NCBI RefSeq assembly: GCF_046595215.1
Contig: NZ_JBKJPP010000126.1
Location: 7,355 to 71,354 of the forward strand
Reading direction: 5' to 3'
Origin: Lapillicoccus sp.
Lineage (GTDB): Bacteria; Actinomycetota; Actinomycetes; Actinomycetales; Dermatophilaceae
DNA length: 64,000 nucleotides
In this document: positions 1-10,033 of the stretch, one piece after another
How positions within the stretch are numbered: position 1 is the stretch's first letter
How the letters are laid out: each line of letters starts with the position of its first letter
Notes under the pieces: generated by a model
The model's input: the letters and a program-made list of their open reading frames with translations, nothing else
What the model was told of the DNA's origin: nothing
The model's database searches: none
Program-made: the position numbers and the translations under genes

Positions 1-126
1 GCGGACCTCATCTGGTCGACGAACGCCGTCGAGTACTACCTCCTCCTCGAGCGTCGTGGCAGGACGGCCGAGGACTACGGACGGCTCCTGACCGAGCTCT
101 GGAGCCGAACCCTGCTCGCGCCGTGA
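1..126 (+). CDS. 3' end of a probable TetR/AcrR-family regulator (partial, runs off window start)
   Basis: Frame 1 reads ADLIWSTNAVEYYLLLERRGRTAEDYGRLLTELWSRTLLAP*, resembling the C-terminal helices of actinobacterial TetR proteins; not in the ORF track. Confidence 0.55.
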   Translation, partial: ADLIWSTNAVEYYLLLERRGRTAEDYGRLLTELWSRTLLAP

Positions 127-206
127 GCACCCGGCATACCGGAGTGGCGGCCTGCGCCCCCGAAAGCATGTGACGCGGGGCCCTTCCTTTGGGAGGGTTG
201 GGCCTC

Positions 207-1952
207 GTGGGTCACCTCGACGTCAACACCGTCTCGTTCTCGCTGCCCGACGGGCGGCCACTGCTCAATGACGTGTCGCTGCGGGTCGGTGAGGGGGCGA
301 AGGTTGCGCTCATCGGGCCGAACGGCACCGGCAAGACCACGCTGGCCCGGATCATCGCCGGCGACCTCGCGGCGCACGAGGGGGCCATCACCCGCAGCGG
401 GGGGCTCGCCGTGATGCGCCAGTTCATCGGAAAGGTCCGTGACGACTCGACCGTGCGCGACCTGCTGCTGACGGTGGCCCCCCCGAAGATCCGCGCCGCA
501 TCGGCGGAGATCGAGCGCGCCGAGCTGGCGATGATGGAGCGCGACACCGAGCGGGACCAGCTCGACTACGCCCAGGCACTCGTCGACTGGGGAGACGCCG
601 GCGGCTACGAGGCCGAGACGTTGTGGGACGTGTGCAGCACGAGCGCGCTGGGGGTGGCTTTCGAGCAGGCCCAGTGGCGCAAGGTCACCACCCTCTCCGG
701 TGGGGAGCAGAAGCGGCTATTGCTCGAGGCGCTGCTGCGCGGGACCGAGGAGGTGCTGCTGCTCGACGAGCCCGACAACTACCTGGACGTCCCCGCGAAA
801 CGCTGGCTCGAGGACCAGCTCATCGGCTCGCCAAAGACGGTGCTCTTCGTCAGCCACGACCGCGAGCTGCTCCACCGGGTCGCCACGCGCGTCGCGACGC
901 TCGAGCCCGGCGCGGCCGGGTCGACGCTCTGGGTCCATCCGGGACGCTTCGCGACGTATCAGCAGGCCCGGGTCGAGCGCTTCGCCCGGCTGGAGGAGAT
1001 GCGCAGACGCTGGGACGAGGACCACGCCAAGCTCAAGGCGCTGGTCATCATGTATCGACAGAAGGCGGCCTACAACTCCGACATGGCCACCCGGCTGCAG
1101 GCTGCCGAGACGCGGTTGCGCCGGTTCGTCGAGGTCGGGCCCCCGGAGGCGCTGCCGATGCAGCAGAACGTCACGATGCGGCTGCAGGGGGGCCGCACCG
1201 CCAAGCGGGCGGTGATCTGCGAACGGCTCGAGCTCGGTGTCGGGACCGCGGGGATCCCGTCAGTTGCCGTTGCGGCGGCAGGGAAGCCGGTGGCGCCCGG
1301 GGCGCTGATGAAGCCGTTCGACCTCGAGATCTGGTACGGCGAGCGGGTGGCCGTGCTCGGCTCGAACGGCTCCGGCAAGTCCCACTTCCTGCGGCTGCTC
1401 GCAGCCGGGGGGTCCGACCCCGAGCCCGAGCACCGACCCGTCGGCGACGTCGTCCCCACGACCGTGTCCCACACCGGTCGTGCGCGGCTCGGGTCGCGCG
1501 TCCGGCCGGGGTGGTTCGCCCAGACGCACGAGCACCCGTCGCTGATGGGGCGCACCCTGCTCGAGATCCTCCACCGCGGCGACGAGCACCGGGCGGGCAG
1601 GCCCCGCGAGGAGGCGGCGCGGGCGCTCGATCGCTACGAGCTGGCGCGGGCGTCCGAGCAGACCTTCGAGTTGCTCTCCGGAGGGCAGCAGGCCAGGTTC
1701 CAGATCCTGCTCCTGGAGCTGTCCGGGGCCACTCTGCTGCTGCTCGACGAACCCACCGACAATCTCGACCTCGACTCCGCGGAGGCGCTCGAGGAGGGGC
1801 TCGCGGCGTTCGACGGGACCGTCGTCGCCGTCACCCACGACCGGTGGTTCGCCCGGGGTTTCGACCGCTTCCTCGTCTTCGGCGCCGACGGCCGGGTCTA
1901 CGAGGCTCCCGCACCCGTCTGGGACGAGGGGCGGGTGACCCGTCCTCGCTGA
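207..1952 (+). CDS. ABC-F family ATPase (two NBDs, no TM domain)
   Basis: GPNGTGKT and GSNGSGKS Walker A, LSGGEQ/LSGGQQ signatures, LLLDEP Walker B twice; GTG at 207 follows GGAGG at 192-196. Confidence 0.9.
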   Translation: MGHLDVNTVSFSLPDGRPLLNDVSLRVGEGAKVALIGPNGTGKTTLARIIAGDLAAHEGAITRSGGLAVMRQFIGKVRDDSTVRDLLLTVAPPKIRAASAEIERAELAMMERDTERDQLDYAQALVDWGDAGGYEAETLWDVCSTSALGVAFEQAQWRKVTTLSGGEQKRLLLEALLRGTEEVLLLDEPDNYLDVPAKRWLEDQLIGSPKTVLFVSHDRELLHRVATRVATLEPGAAGSTLWVHPGRFATYQQARVERFARLEEMRRRWDEDHAKLKALVIMYRQKAAYNSDMATRLQAAETRLRRFVEVGPPEALPMQQNVTMRLQGGRTAKRAVICERLELGVGTAGIPSVAVAAAGKPVAPGALMKPFDLEIWYGERVAVLGSNGSGKSHFLRLLAAGGSDPEPEHRPVGDVVPTTVSHTGRARLGSRVRPGWFAQTHEHPSLMGRTLLEILHRGDEHRAGRPREEAARALDRYELARASEQTFELLSGGQQARFQILLLELSGATLLLLDEPTDNLDLDSAEALEEGLAAFDGTVVAVTHDRWFARGFDRFLVFGADGRVYEAPAPVWDEGRVTRPR

Positions 1953-2013
1953 GAGCGTGTTCTCCGTGCAGCCGCGGGGGTGAACAGCGAAACTCACTCA
2001 CAGTCTGCTCTAT

Positions 2014-2027
2014 ATTGTCAGGACATT
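2014..2027. promoter_or_regulatory. Imperfect palindrome ATTGTCAGGACATT, candidate GntR-type operator upstream of the ABC operon
   Basis: TGTC-N2-GACA dyad in an AT-rich patch ~75 bp before the binding-protein start; single instance. Confidence 0.35.
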
Positions 2028-2099
2028 CTTCCCTACGATGGGACCGTCAAGGCGTGTCCGCGAGGAAGCCGGGCCGCACCACCCAAAGGGGAGTCAACG

Positions 2100-3527
2100 A
2101 TGACTGCAGTGCAACGCCGGGGACGCATCCTGTGGCGGGTCGTCCCTGCCGCCTCGATCCTGCTCGTGGGGGCCCTCGTGGCCGCGTGCGACAGTGGGTC
2201 CAAGGGAACGGCCAGCCCGAGCCAGAATGTGGACGCAAAGAACGTCGACCTGACGATCAGCTCGAACGCCATCAACGGGGGGAAGAACTCCGCCGAGGCG
2301 CAGTGGTTCACCACCTTCGTCATCCCGAAGTTCACCGAGGCACAGAAGGCCAAGGGCGTCACGGTCAACGTGAAGTTCCAGCCGTCAGGCGTCGACGACG
2401 AGCAGTACAAGGCCAAGATGGCCCTCGACCTCAAGAGCAGGGCGGGCGCGGACATCATGGCTCTCGACGGCATCTGGGTCGGTGAGTTCGCCGACGCGGG
2501 CTACCTCCAGCCCCTGGAGAAGGTCGTCGGCCCCTCGGTCCCGTCCTGGGAAGGGTGGGCGCAGATACCCCAGGCGGTGCAGTCCGAAGTCGCCTACAAC
2601 GACAAGCTGTACGGCATCCCGGCCGGCACCGATGGGCGCATCCTCTACTTCAACAAGAAGCTCTTCGCCCAAGCGGGTCTGCCGGCCGACTGGCAGCCGA
2701 AGAGCTGGCAGGACATCCTCGACGCCGGCGCCAAGCTCAAGACCGTCCCGGGTGTGACGCCCATCCAGATCAACGCCGGCACGGCGATGGGTGAGGCGAC
2801 CTCGATGCAGGGCGCGCTGCCACTTCTCGTGGGCACCGGAGCGGAGATCTACAAGGACGGCAAGTGGCAGGGCAACACGCAGAACATCCGCGACGTCCTT
2901 GGCTTCTACAAGGGGCTCATCGACGGCGGGCTCATGGACAAGGGCTTCCAGCAGGCGGCCAAGGGGCGCGACGAGTCGTTCGCCGCCTTTGCGGCGGGCA
3001 AGGTCGGGATCCTCGGGGAGGGTGACTACTTCTGGCGCTCGGTCGTCAACCCCAACAAGGGCGCCGCCCCGATGGCCAGCCGGGACACCGATGTCGGCTA
3101 TGCGCTCATCCCAGCGAAGCAGCCCCAGGCCGGGACCCGCGGACAGGACTACGTCTCCATGTCAGGTGGCTCCGGATACTTCCTGAATCCGAACACCAAG
3201 TTTCCCCAGCAGGCCTGGGACCTGTTGACGTTCATCGGCTCCCCGGATGCGGTCAAGGCCCTGCTCGGTGACTCGCCGCGCATCACGCCGCGCAAGGACG
3301 TCAACTCGGAGGTCCTCGCCAAGGACCCGCTGCTGTCGTTCATCTCCCAGAAGGTGCTGCCACTGACGGCCTACCGGCCCGGCCTCGCGATCTATCCGCA
3401 GGTCTCGCAGGCGCTCCAGCAGGCCACCGCTGACATCGTCTCGGGCAAGTCCGTCGACGAGGCGGCGGCGGCCTACCAGGCGGCGGTCGAGAAGGTCGCC
3501 GGCGCCGACAAGGTCGCCAGGTCGTGA
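2100..3527 (+). CDS. CUT1 ABC transporter substrate-binding lipoprotein
   Basis: Signal peptide with lipobox LVAAC; ADIMALDGIWVGEFADAGYLQPL and LYFNKKLFAQAGL motifs of SBP family 1; ATG 2100 after GGGGAG. Confidence 0.9.
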   Translation: MTAVQRRGRILWRVVPAASILLVGALVAACDSGSKGTASPSQNVDAKNVDLTISSNAINGGKNSAEAQWFTTFVIPKFTEAQKAKGVTVNVKFQPSGVDDEQYKAKMALDLKSRAGADIMALDGIWVGEFADAGYLQPLEKVVGPSVPSWEGWAQIPQAVQSEVAYNDKLYGIPAGTDGRILYFNKKLFAQAGLPADWQPKSWQDILDAGAKLKTVPGVTPIQINAGTAMGEATSMQGALPLLVGTGAEIYKDGKWQGNTQNIRDVLGFYKGLIDGGLMDKGFQQAAKGRDESFAAFAAGKVGILGEGDYFWRSVVNPNKGAAPMASRDTDVGYALIPAKQPQAGTRGQDYVSMSGGSGYFLNPNTKFPQQAWDLLTFIGSPDAVKALLGDSPRITPRKDVNSEVLAKDPLLSFISQKVLPLTAYRPGLAIYPQVSQALQQATADIVSGKSVDEAAAAYQAAVEKVAGADKVARS

Positions 3528-3552
3528 CGCGCTCCTCCACCGCGCACCCGGT

Positions 3553-3570
3553 GCGCCGCTCGAGCGGCGC
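3553..3570. repeat. Perfect 18-bp palindrome GCGCCGCTCGAGCGGCGC after the SBP gene
   Basis: Seen directly; position typical of mRNA-stabilising hairpins between SBP and permease genes. Confidence 0.6.
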
Positions 3571-3578
3571 TCGCCGCA

Positions 3579-3634
3579 GCGGCTCCGCATGAGCGGCTCC
3601 GCATGAGCGGCTTCACGTGAGCGGCGCCGGATGA
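3579..3634 (+). repeat. Four tandem 14-bp units ending in RTGA; the last contains the permease start codon
   Basis: GCGGCTCCGCATGA x2, GCGGCTTCACGTGA, GCGGCGCCGGATGA. Confidence 0.85.
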
Positions 3635-4560
3635 CGGCTGCTGCGGGGACGTCCGACGCGGCTGGCCTCGGACGGCCCCGGGCGCTCGCGTTCATCACCC
3701 CGGCCTTCCTCCTCATCGGGGCGTTCCTCGTCTTTCCGGCGCTGTGGACGATCTACCTCGGGATCACCGACTTCCGGCTGACCGGGGTGGCGGCCGCCGA
3801 CCCGAAGATCGTCGGCCTCGCGAACTACACCGAGGCACTGGGCGATCCGGCGTTCCGCCGGTCGCTGATGTTGACGCTGCTCTTCGTCTTCGGGTCGGCG
3901 ATCATCGGGCAGACGACGATGGGCTTCCTCATCGCGTCGTCGATGCGGTCGGTCCCCAAGGTCGTCAAGACCGTGGTGGAGACGCTCGTGCTCCTTGCGT
4001 GGATCCTGCCGAGCTCGATCGTCGCGTTTCTCTGGGTGGCGTTCCTCAACCGTGACGGCGGCACCCTGAGCACCCTGCTCAACACGCCCGACACGGCATG
4101 GCTGCTCGAGCACCCGATGCTGTCGATCATCGTCTTCAACACGTGGCGCGGCACGGCCTTCTCGATGCTCCTCTTCTCGGCGGCTCTCGGCGCGGTCCCG
4201 CCGTCACAGCTCGAGACCGCGCGGCTTGCGGGAGCCGGTGCGTGGCAGCAGTTCCGGGACGTCGTCTTCCCGCACATCCGTGGTCACGTCCTGACGAACA
4301 CCCTGCTCATCAGCCTCTGGACGTTCAACGACTTCTCGCCCTACCTGCTGACCGCAGGTGGCCCCAACCATGCCTCGGAGACCCTGCCCGTCTTCATCTA
4401 CCAGCGGGCGCTCTACGGGGGCGAGCTCGGCTACGGGTCGGCGATCTCGTTCATCATGCTGCTCATCAACCTCGTCATCGCGCTGTTCTACATCCGCCTG
4501 CTCCGCGACCGGCGCGGTCAGCGGACACCGGTCGCGCCCGCAGCGGAGTCCTCGCCATGA
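3631..4560 (+). CDS. Sugar ABC transporter permease 1
   Basis: Multiple TM segments; EAA-like LETARLAGAGAWQQFRDVVFP. Confidence 0.9.
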   Translation: MTAAAGTSDAAGLGRPRALAFITPAFLLIGAFLVFPALWTIYLGITDFRLTGVAAADPKIVGLANYTEALGDPAFRRSLMLTLLFVFGSAIIGQTTMGFLIASSMRSVPKVVKTVVETLVLLAWILPSSIVAFLWVAFLNRDGGTLSTLLNTPDTAWLLEHPMLSIIVFNTWRGTAFSMLLFSAALGAVPPSQLETARLAGAGAWQQFRDVVFPHIRGHVLTNTLLISLWTFNDFSPYLLTAGGPNHASETLPVFIYQRALYGGELGYGSAISFIMLLINLVIALFYIRLLRDRRGQRTPVAPAAESSP

Positions 4561-5378
4561 CGCCGGCAGCGATGGTGCGACGGATCCTCTTCTACGCCCT
4601 GCTCGCGGTCGTCGCGACGTTCTTCGCGCTGCCGCTGCTCTGGTTGGTGCTCGCGCCCTTCGACGCGCACCCGTCGCTCACCGTGAAGCTTCCGCAGTTC
4701 ACGCTCGACAACTTCCGCCAGCTCGGCGAGAACCCCTATGCCCTCTCGTCACTGAAGAACTCGGTCCTCATCTCCGGGGGGGCGATGGTGCTCGTCACCG
4801 CCCTGTCGGCACTGGCGGCATACGCCCTGTCCCGCGTGCGGGTGCCGGGCCGCAACCTGATCCTCTACAGCCTGCTGCTGCTCTCCTCGATCGTCACGGG
4901 GACCGCCGCGATGGTCCCGATCTTCCTGCTGATGTTCCAGCTGGGGTTGATCGACGACCGATCCGGTGTCACGCTCGTCCTCACCGGTGGGCTCCTGCCG
5001 GCGGCGATCTTCATCCTCAAGGACTTCATGGACGCGACGCCGGCGTCCTACGAGGAGAGCGCGCGGGTCTTCGGTGCGAGTCCGCTGCAGGTGCTGCGCC
5101 ACGTGGTGCTGCCGATCGCGAGGCCGGGTCTCGCGACGATCGCGGTCTGGGCGCTCGTCAACGCGTGGGGCGACTTCCTGATGGCCTACATCCTCCTTCG
5201 CGACCCGGAGAAGATGCCTGCCGGTGTGCTGATGTACACCTTCTACAACGAGGGTGGCCAAGCGAATCTCTCGTTGATCTCGGCCTTCTCGCTCGTCTAC
5301 GCGCTACCGGTGGTGGCGCTCTACCTCTTCGTCAACCGCCGCTATGGTTTCCGCTTCCATGGAGGGATCAAGAGCTGA
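4557..5378 (+). CDS. Sugar ABC transporter permease 2
   Basis: YEESARVFGASPLQVLRHVVLP EAA motif; ATGA overlap with upstream permease. Confidence 0.9.
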   Translation: MTPAAMVRRILFYALLAVVATFFALPLLWLVLAPFDAHPSLTVKLPQFTLDNFRQLGENPYALSSLKNSVLISGGAMVLVTALSALAAYALSRVRVPGRNLILYSLLLLSSIVTGTAAMVPIFLLMFQLGLIDDRSGVTLVLTGGLLPAAIFILKDFMDATPASYEESARVFGASPLQVLRHVVLPIARPGLATIAVWALVNAWGDFLMAYILLRDPEKMPAGVLMYTFYNEGGQANLSLISAFSLVYALPVVALYLFVNRRYGFRFHGGIKS

Positions 5379-6424
5379 TGGCCAGCATCGAACTCGTGGG
5401 TCTGTCCAAGGTCTACGACGGAGGGGTCGCCGCCGTCGACGACCTGAGCCTCACCATCGCCGACGGGGAGTTCTTCGCCCTCCTCGGCCCCTCCGGTTGC
5501 GGCAAGACCACCCTCCTGCGCACCATCGCCGGTCTCGAGGACGCGACCGCGGGCCGGCTGCTGCTCGGCGGGAAGGACGTCACGAAGCTGTCACCGGGCA
5601 AGCGCGACGTGGCGATGGTCTTCCAGGACTATGCCCTGTTCCCCCACATGGACGTCACCGACAACATCTCCTACCCCCTGCGGATCCAGAAGATGCCCCG
5701 GGAGGACCGCCGCGCGAAGGCCGCGTTGACGGGGGCCGGGCTGGGGCTGTCGACGCTGATGGACCGTCGCCCGGGGCAGCTCTCGGGGGGGCAGCAGCAG
5801 CGCGTGGCGCTCGCCCGGGCCATTGCCTACCAGCCGTCGGTGTTCCTCTTCGACGAGCCGCTGTCCAACCTGGATGCGCGGCTGCGCCTGGAGGCCCGCA
5901 CCTTCCTCAAGCGCCTGCAGCACGAGCTCAGGGTGACCACGGTGTTCGTCACCCACGACCAGTCCGAGGCCCTCGCGATGGCCGACACCATCGCGGTCAT
6001 GGAGGCGGGACACATCCGCCAGCTGGGGACCCCGTCCGAGGTCTTCCACCGGCCGGCCAACGTCTTCGTCGCGAACTTCATCGGGTCGACCCCGATGAAC
6101 CTCGTCCCGGGATCGCTGTTCGGGTCCGAGGTGCCTGAGGGGGACGAGGTCCTCGTCGGCTTCCGGCCGGAGTACACCCGCCTCGGCGGCGGTGGCCGCT
6201 ACGCGCTGTCCGGGACCGTGACCATCGTGGAGAATCTCGGCGCGACGATGCTCGTGTCGGCACAGTGTGGTGAGCAGTCGGTCCAGGCGTTGGTGCCCGA
6301 TGGGGACGAGCCTCCGGTGGGCACGGAGGTGACGGTCAGCCCGCACGACCGTCGCGTCCTGCACTATCGGGCGAGCGACGGTGAGCTGCTGACGTCGTCG
6401 CCGGCGCACCTGCAGGACCGATGA
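5378..6424 (+). CDS. MalK/MsiK-like ABC ATPase with C-terminal TOBE region
   Basis: GPSGCGKT, LSGGQQQRVALARA, FLFDEPLSNLD, VFVTHDQSEA; TGATG coupling. Confidence 0.92.
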   Translation: MASIELVGLSKVYDGGVAAVDDLSLTIADGEFFALLGPSGCGKTTLLRTIAGLEDATAGRLLLGGKDVTKLSPGKRDVAMVFQDYALFPHMDVTDNISYPLRIQKMPREDRRAKAALTGAGLGLSTLMDRRPGQLSGGQQQRVALARAIAYQPSVFLFDEPLSNLDARLRLEARTFLKRLQHELRVTTVFVTHDQSEALAMADTIAVMEAGHIRQLGTPSEVFHRPANVFVANFIGSTPMNLVPGSLFGSEVPEGDEVLVGFRPEYTRLGGGGRYALSGTVTIVENLGATMLVSAQCGEQSVQALVPDGDEPPVGTEVTVSPHDRRVLHYRASDGELLTSSPAHLQDR

Positions 6425-7644
6425 CGCTGTTCGAGCAGAGCGGCACCTGGCGGCCGGTGGACCGGGCGGCGCAGCAGGTGCAGACGCTGTCGTTCGAGAT
6501 GCCGGAAGGCGTGACGGCGTTCCGGGTGGGCCTGGAGTTCGACAGGTCCGGGGGCGGCGTGCTCGACCTCGGTTGTGATGGTCCGCACGGGTGGGTCGGG
6601 TGGTCCGGCGGCGAGCGGTCGTCCGTCGTGATCAGCGAGGAGTGGTCCACACCGGGCTATCTGCCGACTGCGGTGTCGGCGGCGGAGTGGCACGTCGTGG
6701 TCGGCCTTCACGAGGTGCCGGCTGCGGGGGTCGACTACCGGGTCGTCGTCAGCAGGGCCACCGCCGCCGACGTCGCCGCCGAACGGCGGGCTCAACCCGC
6801 AGCCCCCCCGGTGCCGGAGCGCCCCCCGGGCCGCGACCTGCCCGCCGTGGACGGGATGCGGTGGCTTGCTGCGGACTTCCACGCCCACACCCTCCACTCC
6901 GATGGCGCCCTCAGCATCGACGAGCTCGCCGCGCTCGCGGTGTCACGCGGTCTCGACGTCCTGGCGGTGACCGACCACAACACGACGAGCCACCATGCCC
7001 ACCTGGCTCAGGTGGGCGAGCGCTACGGCATCACCTTGGTCCCCGGGCAGGAGGTGACCACGGATCGGGGCCACGCGAACGCGTTCGGTGACATCGGCTT
7101 CGTGGACTTCCGTCGACCGGGCAGGCAGTGGCAGCGCGACGTCGCGGAGCGGGGCGGCATCCTCTCGGTGAACCACCCGCTCGGCGGCGACAGCTGCTGG
7201 CGGATGGAGCTCGACCAGCCCACCGCGGTGGCCGAGATCTGGCACTCGTCGTGGCACGCCCTGCCGGTGCTCCGGAACTGGGGCGGGCCGCTCGCGTGGT
7301 GGCTGTCATGGGGAAAGGACACGGTGCCCATCGGTGGCAGCGACTTCCACCGCGAGGGCAGCGACGCCCTCCCGGGTTCGCCGACGACGTGGGTGCTCTG
7401 CGAGGGGCAGGACGTCCTGGGTGGCGTCGCGGCGGGACGCACTGCCGTCGGGGTCGACCCGCAGGGGCCGGTCCTGCTGCGGGTCGGGGACGAGCTCATG
7501 GCGCTGGGCGCAGACGGTGCCCTGTTGTCGACCTTCGAGGAGGGTCGGCGCCGGATCGTCGGCGACCGGGTCGTCCTGCCCGCCGCTGCGGGTCCGTGGT
7601 GGCTCGAGGATGACCACCGGTGCGTGCTCGCACTCTGCCTCTGA
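6421..7644 (+). CDS. PHP-fold (CehA/McbA-like) metallohydrolase with N-terminal beta domain
   Basis: DFHAHTLHSDG, VTDHN, GQEVTTDRGHAN, VNHP and GGSDFH metal-binding motifs. Confidence 0.8.
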   Translation: MTLFEQSGTWRPVDRAAQQVQTLSFEMPEGVTAFRVGLEFDRSGGGVLDLGCDGPHGWVGWSGGERSSVVISEEWSTPGYLPTAVSAAEWHVVVGLHEVPAAGVDYRVVVSRATAADVAAERRAQPAAPPVPERPPGRDLPAVDGMRWLAADFHAHTLHSDGALSIDELAALAVSRGLDVLAVTDHNTTSHHAHLAQVGERYGITLVPGQEVTTDRGHANAFGDIGFVDFRRPGRQWQRDVAERGGILSVNHPLGGDSCWRMELDQPTAVAEIWHSSWHALPVLRNWGGPLAWWLSWGKDTVPIGGSDFHREGSDALPGSPTTWVLCEGQDVLGGVAAGRTAVGVDPQGPVLLRVGDELMALGADGALLSTFEEGRRRIVGDRVVLPAAAGPWWLEDDHRCVLALCL

Positions 7645-7694
7645 GGCAGCCCAACGCGTGCTCAGCCTGCCGGTTCTCTCCCGCGCACGGTGGA

Positions 7695-8567
7695 TCACCA
7701 GCGGGGGCGCAGCAGACGGAACCGGACCCGCTCCCCGGGCCGGGACTGGGCGAGGGCGTCGGTGTCCTCGTCGAGCACCACGGCAATGACGGGGTAACCG
7801 CCCGTGGTGGGGTGGTCGGCCGAGAAGACCAGGGGCTGGCCGGACGCGGGCACCTGGACGCCCCCCCTGACGACCCCTTCGCTCGGCAGCTCACCGGGGC
7901 GTCGGCGATCGAGGCTCGGGCCGGCGAGGCGCACGCCCACCCGGTCGCTGTCGGCCGTGACCGTCCATGAGGAGCCGGTGAGGGTCGCCATCGCCCCGGG
8001 CGTGAACCAGTCGTCGCGCGGACCCGCCACGGCCCGCAGCACAAGGGCGCTCACCCGCGGCCCTTCCGGGCCGAGGGCGTCCACGCCGACGGGGACCGTT
8101 CCGGGGGCAGGCCCGACCTCCAACCGGGTTCCCACCTCCAGCGGTGGTGGCCCCAGTCCCGTCGTCGGGTCGCTGCTGGCGCTCCCGAAGAGGCGTTCGA
8201 CGACGAGACCACCGCCGAGGGCGAGGTAGGTGCGCAGGCCGCTGGACGGCATACCGACTGCCAGGCGGTCGCCGGCACCCAGGTCGAAGGGAGCGCAGAG
8301 CGGCGCAGCAGCACCGTTGACGCTCAACGGTGTCGGCGCCCCGGCGACAGAGACCGTGACGGGACCCCCGGCGCGCAGCACCAGCCCCCCGAGCAGGATC
8401 TCGACGGCGGCGGCCCCCTCGTCGTTGCCGACGAGCCGGTTGGCCAGGCGAAGGGCCCGCCGGTCCGCCGCCCCGCTGGTCGTCACACCCAAGGCGGCGT
8501 GGCCGGGCCGGCCGAGGTCCTGGATGGTCGCCAGCGGGCCGACGACCTCGACCACGAGCGACGTCAC
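7695..8567 (-). CDS. pxpC: 5-oxoprolinase subunit C
   Basis: TIQDLGRPG, GAADRRALRLANRLVGN, SDRVGVRL, DHPTTGGYPVIAVV; GTG overlaps pxpB stop. Confidence 0.88.
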   Translation of the reverse strand: MTSLVVEVVGPLATIQDLGRPGHAALGVTTSGAADRRALRLANRLVGNDEGAAAVEILLGGLVLRAGGPVTVSVAGAPTPLSVNGAAAPLCAPFDLGAGDRLAVGMPSSGLRTYLALGGGLVVERLFGSASSDPTTGLGPPPLEVGTRLEVGPAPGTVPVGVDALGPEGPRVSALVLRAVAGPRDDWFTPGAMATLTGSSWTVTADSDRVGVRLAGPSLDRRRPGELPSEGVVRGGVQVPASGQPLVFSADHPTTGGYPVIAVVLDEDTDALAQSRPGERVRFRLLRPRW

Positions 8568-9187
8568 CCTGACACCTCGACGAACTGGATGCGGCGTCCT
8601 GGCAGGAGCAGTGCCGGCGGCTCCCGTGCACCGTCCCACATCACCTCGTCGGTGTGGCCGATGAGCTGCCAGCCCCCGGGGGACGGTCGCGGATAGACCC
8701 CGGTGAACGGGCCGGCCAGTCCGACGGAGCCGGGAGGGATCCGGGTCCTCGGCGAGTCGCGGCGCGGCACGTCGAGGCCGCCGTCGTCGCCGACAAGATA
8801 GCCGAAACCCGGTGCAAATCCAGAGAACTCGACGGTCCAGAGCTGCCCCGTATGCCGGGTGACCACCTCTGCGGGATGGATCCCGAGGTGGCGGGCGACG
8901 TCGGGGAGGTCGGGGCCGTCGTAGCGCACGGCGAGCCGCAGGGACGGGGCGTCGGGCGCGGCGCTCGCGTCGTCGACGTCCCTGAGGTCAAGGGCCCGAA
9001 GCCGGGCCGCGACGCCCTGCAGGTCGTCGGGGGACGCGACCTTCACGAGGACGGTCCGCGCTGCGGGGACGTGGTCGACGACGCCGACCAGGGGAGTCCG
9101 ACGCAGGACGGTGTCGAGGCGGCGGCGTCCGGCAGCGTCGTCGAGCTCGACGAGGATGGCGACGTCGCCACAGGGCAGGAGCCTCAC
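8564..9187 (-). CDS. pxpB: 5-oxoprolinase subunit B
   Basis: [34 protein letters not shown]. Confidence 0.88.
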   Translation of the reverse strand: MRLLPCGDVAILVELDDAAGRRRLDTVLRRTPLVGVVDHVPAARTVLVKVASPDDLQGVAARLRALDLRDVDDASAAPDAPSLRLAVRYDGPDLPDVARHLGIHPAEVVTRHTGQLWTVEFSGFAPGFGYLVGDDGGLDVPRRDSPRTRIPPGSVGLAGPFTGVYPRPSPGGWQLIGHTDEVMWDGAREPPALLLPGRRIQFVEVSG

Positions 9188-9954
9188 GCGGTGAAGGCGG
9201 CGAGCTCCACGCCGGCCGCCTCGAGGGCACGCCGGACGGCCCCCGCCATGGCCACGGCCCCGGGAGAGTCTCCGTGCACGCAGATGGACCCGGCCCGGAA
9301 CGCGATCTCGGTGCCGTCGACGGCGCTCAGACGACCCTCGGTGACGAGGCGGACGACCCGGGCGGCCACCACGGCGGGGTCGTGGAGGACGGCGCCCGGC
9401 TCCCGGCGCGACACGAGGGTGCCCTCGGCGGTATAGGCCCGGTCGGCGAAGGCTTCGGCGATGGTGCGGAGTCCGCGGCGTCCGGCCACCTCGAGCAGGA
9501 CCGAGCCGGGGAGGCCGAGCAGACGGAGGTCGCTGGGATGGTCGGCCACGGCGGCCACCACCGCCTCGGCCTGGTCACGGTGGTGGACCACGGCGTTGTA
9601 GAGCGCGCCGTGGGGCTTGACGTAGGTGACGGCGCCGCTGAGGGATCGGGCGATGCCGTCGAGAGCGCCGATCTGGTAGAGCACGTCGGCGTAGAGGGCG
9701 TCCGGCTCGATGTCGATGAACCGCCGTCCGAAGCCGGCCAGGTCGCGGTAGCCCACCTGGGCCCCGATGGCCACGCCGCGCTCGACCGCGCCCCGACAGG
9801 TCGTGACGAGGGTCGCGGGGTCGCCCGCGTGGAAGCCGCACGCGATGTTGGCCGAGGTGACGAGACCGAGCAGACCGGCGTCGTCCCCCAGGGTCCAGCG
9901 CCCGAACGACTCACCCATGTCGGCGTTGAGATCCACCTGCTGCGGAGGGGGCAT
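9184..9954 (-). CDS. pxpA: 5-oxoprolinase subunit A (LamB/YcsF family)
   Basis: [52 protein letters not shown]. Confidence 0.92.
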   Translation of the reverse strand: MPPPQQVDLNADMGESFGRWTLGDDAGLLGLVTSANIACGFHAGDPATLVTTCRGAVERGVAIGAQVGYRDLAGFGRRFIDIEPDALYADVLYQIGALDGIARSLSGAVTYVKPHGALYNAVVHHRDQAEAVVAAVADHPSDLRLLGLPGSVLLEVAGRRGLRTIAEAFADRAYTAEGTLVSRREPGAVLHDPAVVAARVVRLVTEGRLSAVDGTEIAFRAGSICVHGDSPGAVAMAGAVRRALEAAGVELAAFTA

Positions 9955-9962
9955 GTCCCTAG

Positions 9963-9975
9963 ATTGTTCAACAAC
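9963..9975. promoter_or_regulatory. Candidate GntR operator ATTGTTCAACAAC in the pxpA/gntR divergent region
   Basis: 12/13 match to the reverse complement of the box at 10816. Confidence 0.7.
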
Positions 9976-10033
9976 ACTCCGTCTGTCAAGATGTGCGACG
10001 GGATCAGTCCCGTTCCCCTGGGCCAGACACCCT

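Noticed and set aside
207-1952. Antibiotic-resistance ABC-F
   Set aside because: No evidence beyond family membership; no leader peptide or attenuator seen; subfamily HMMs needed
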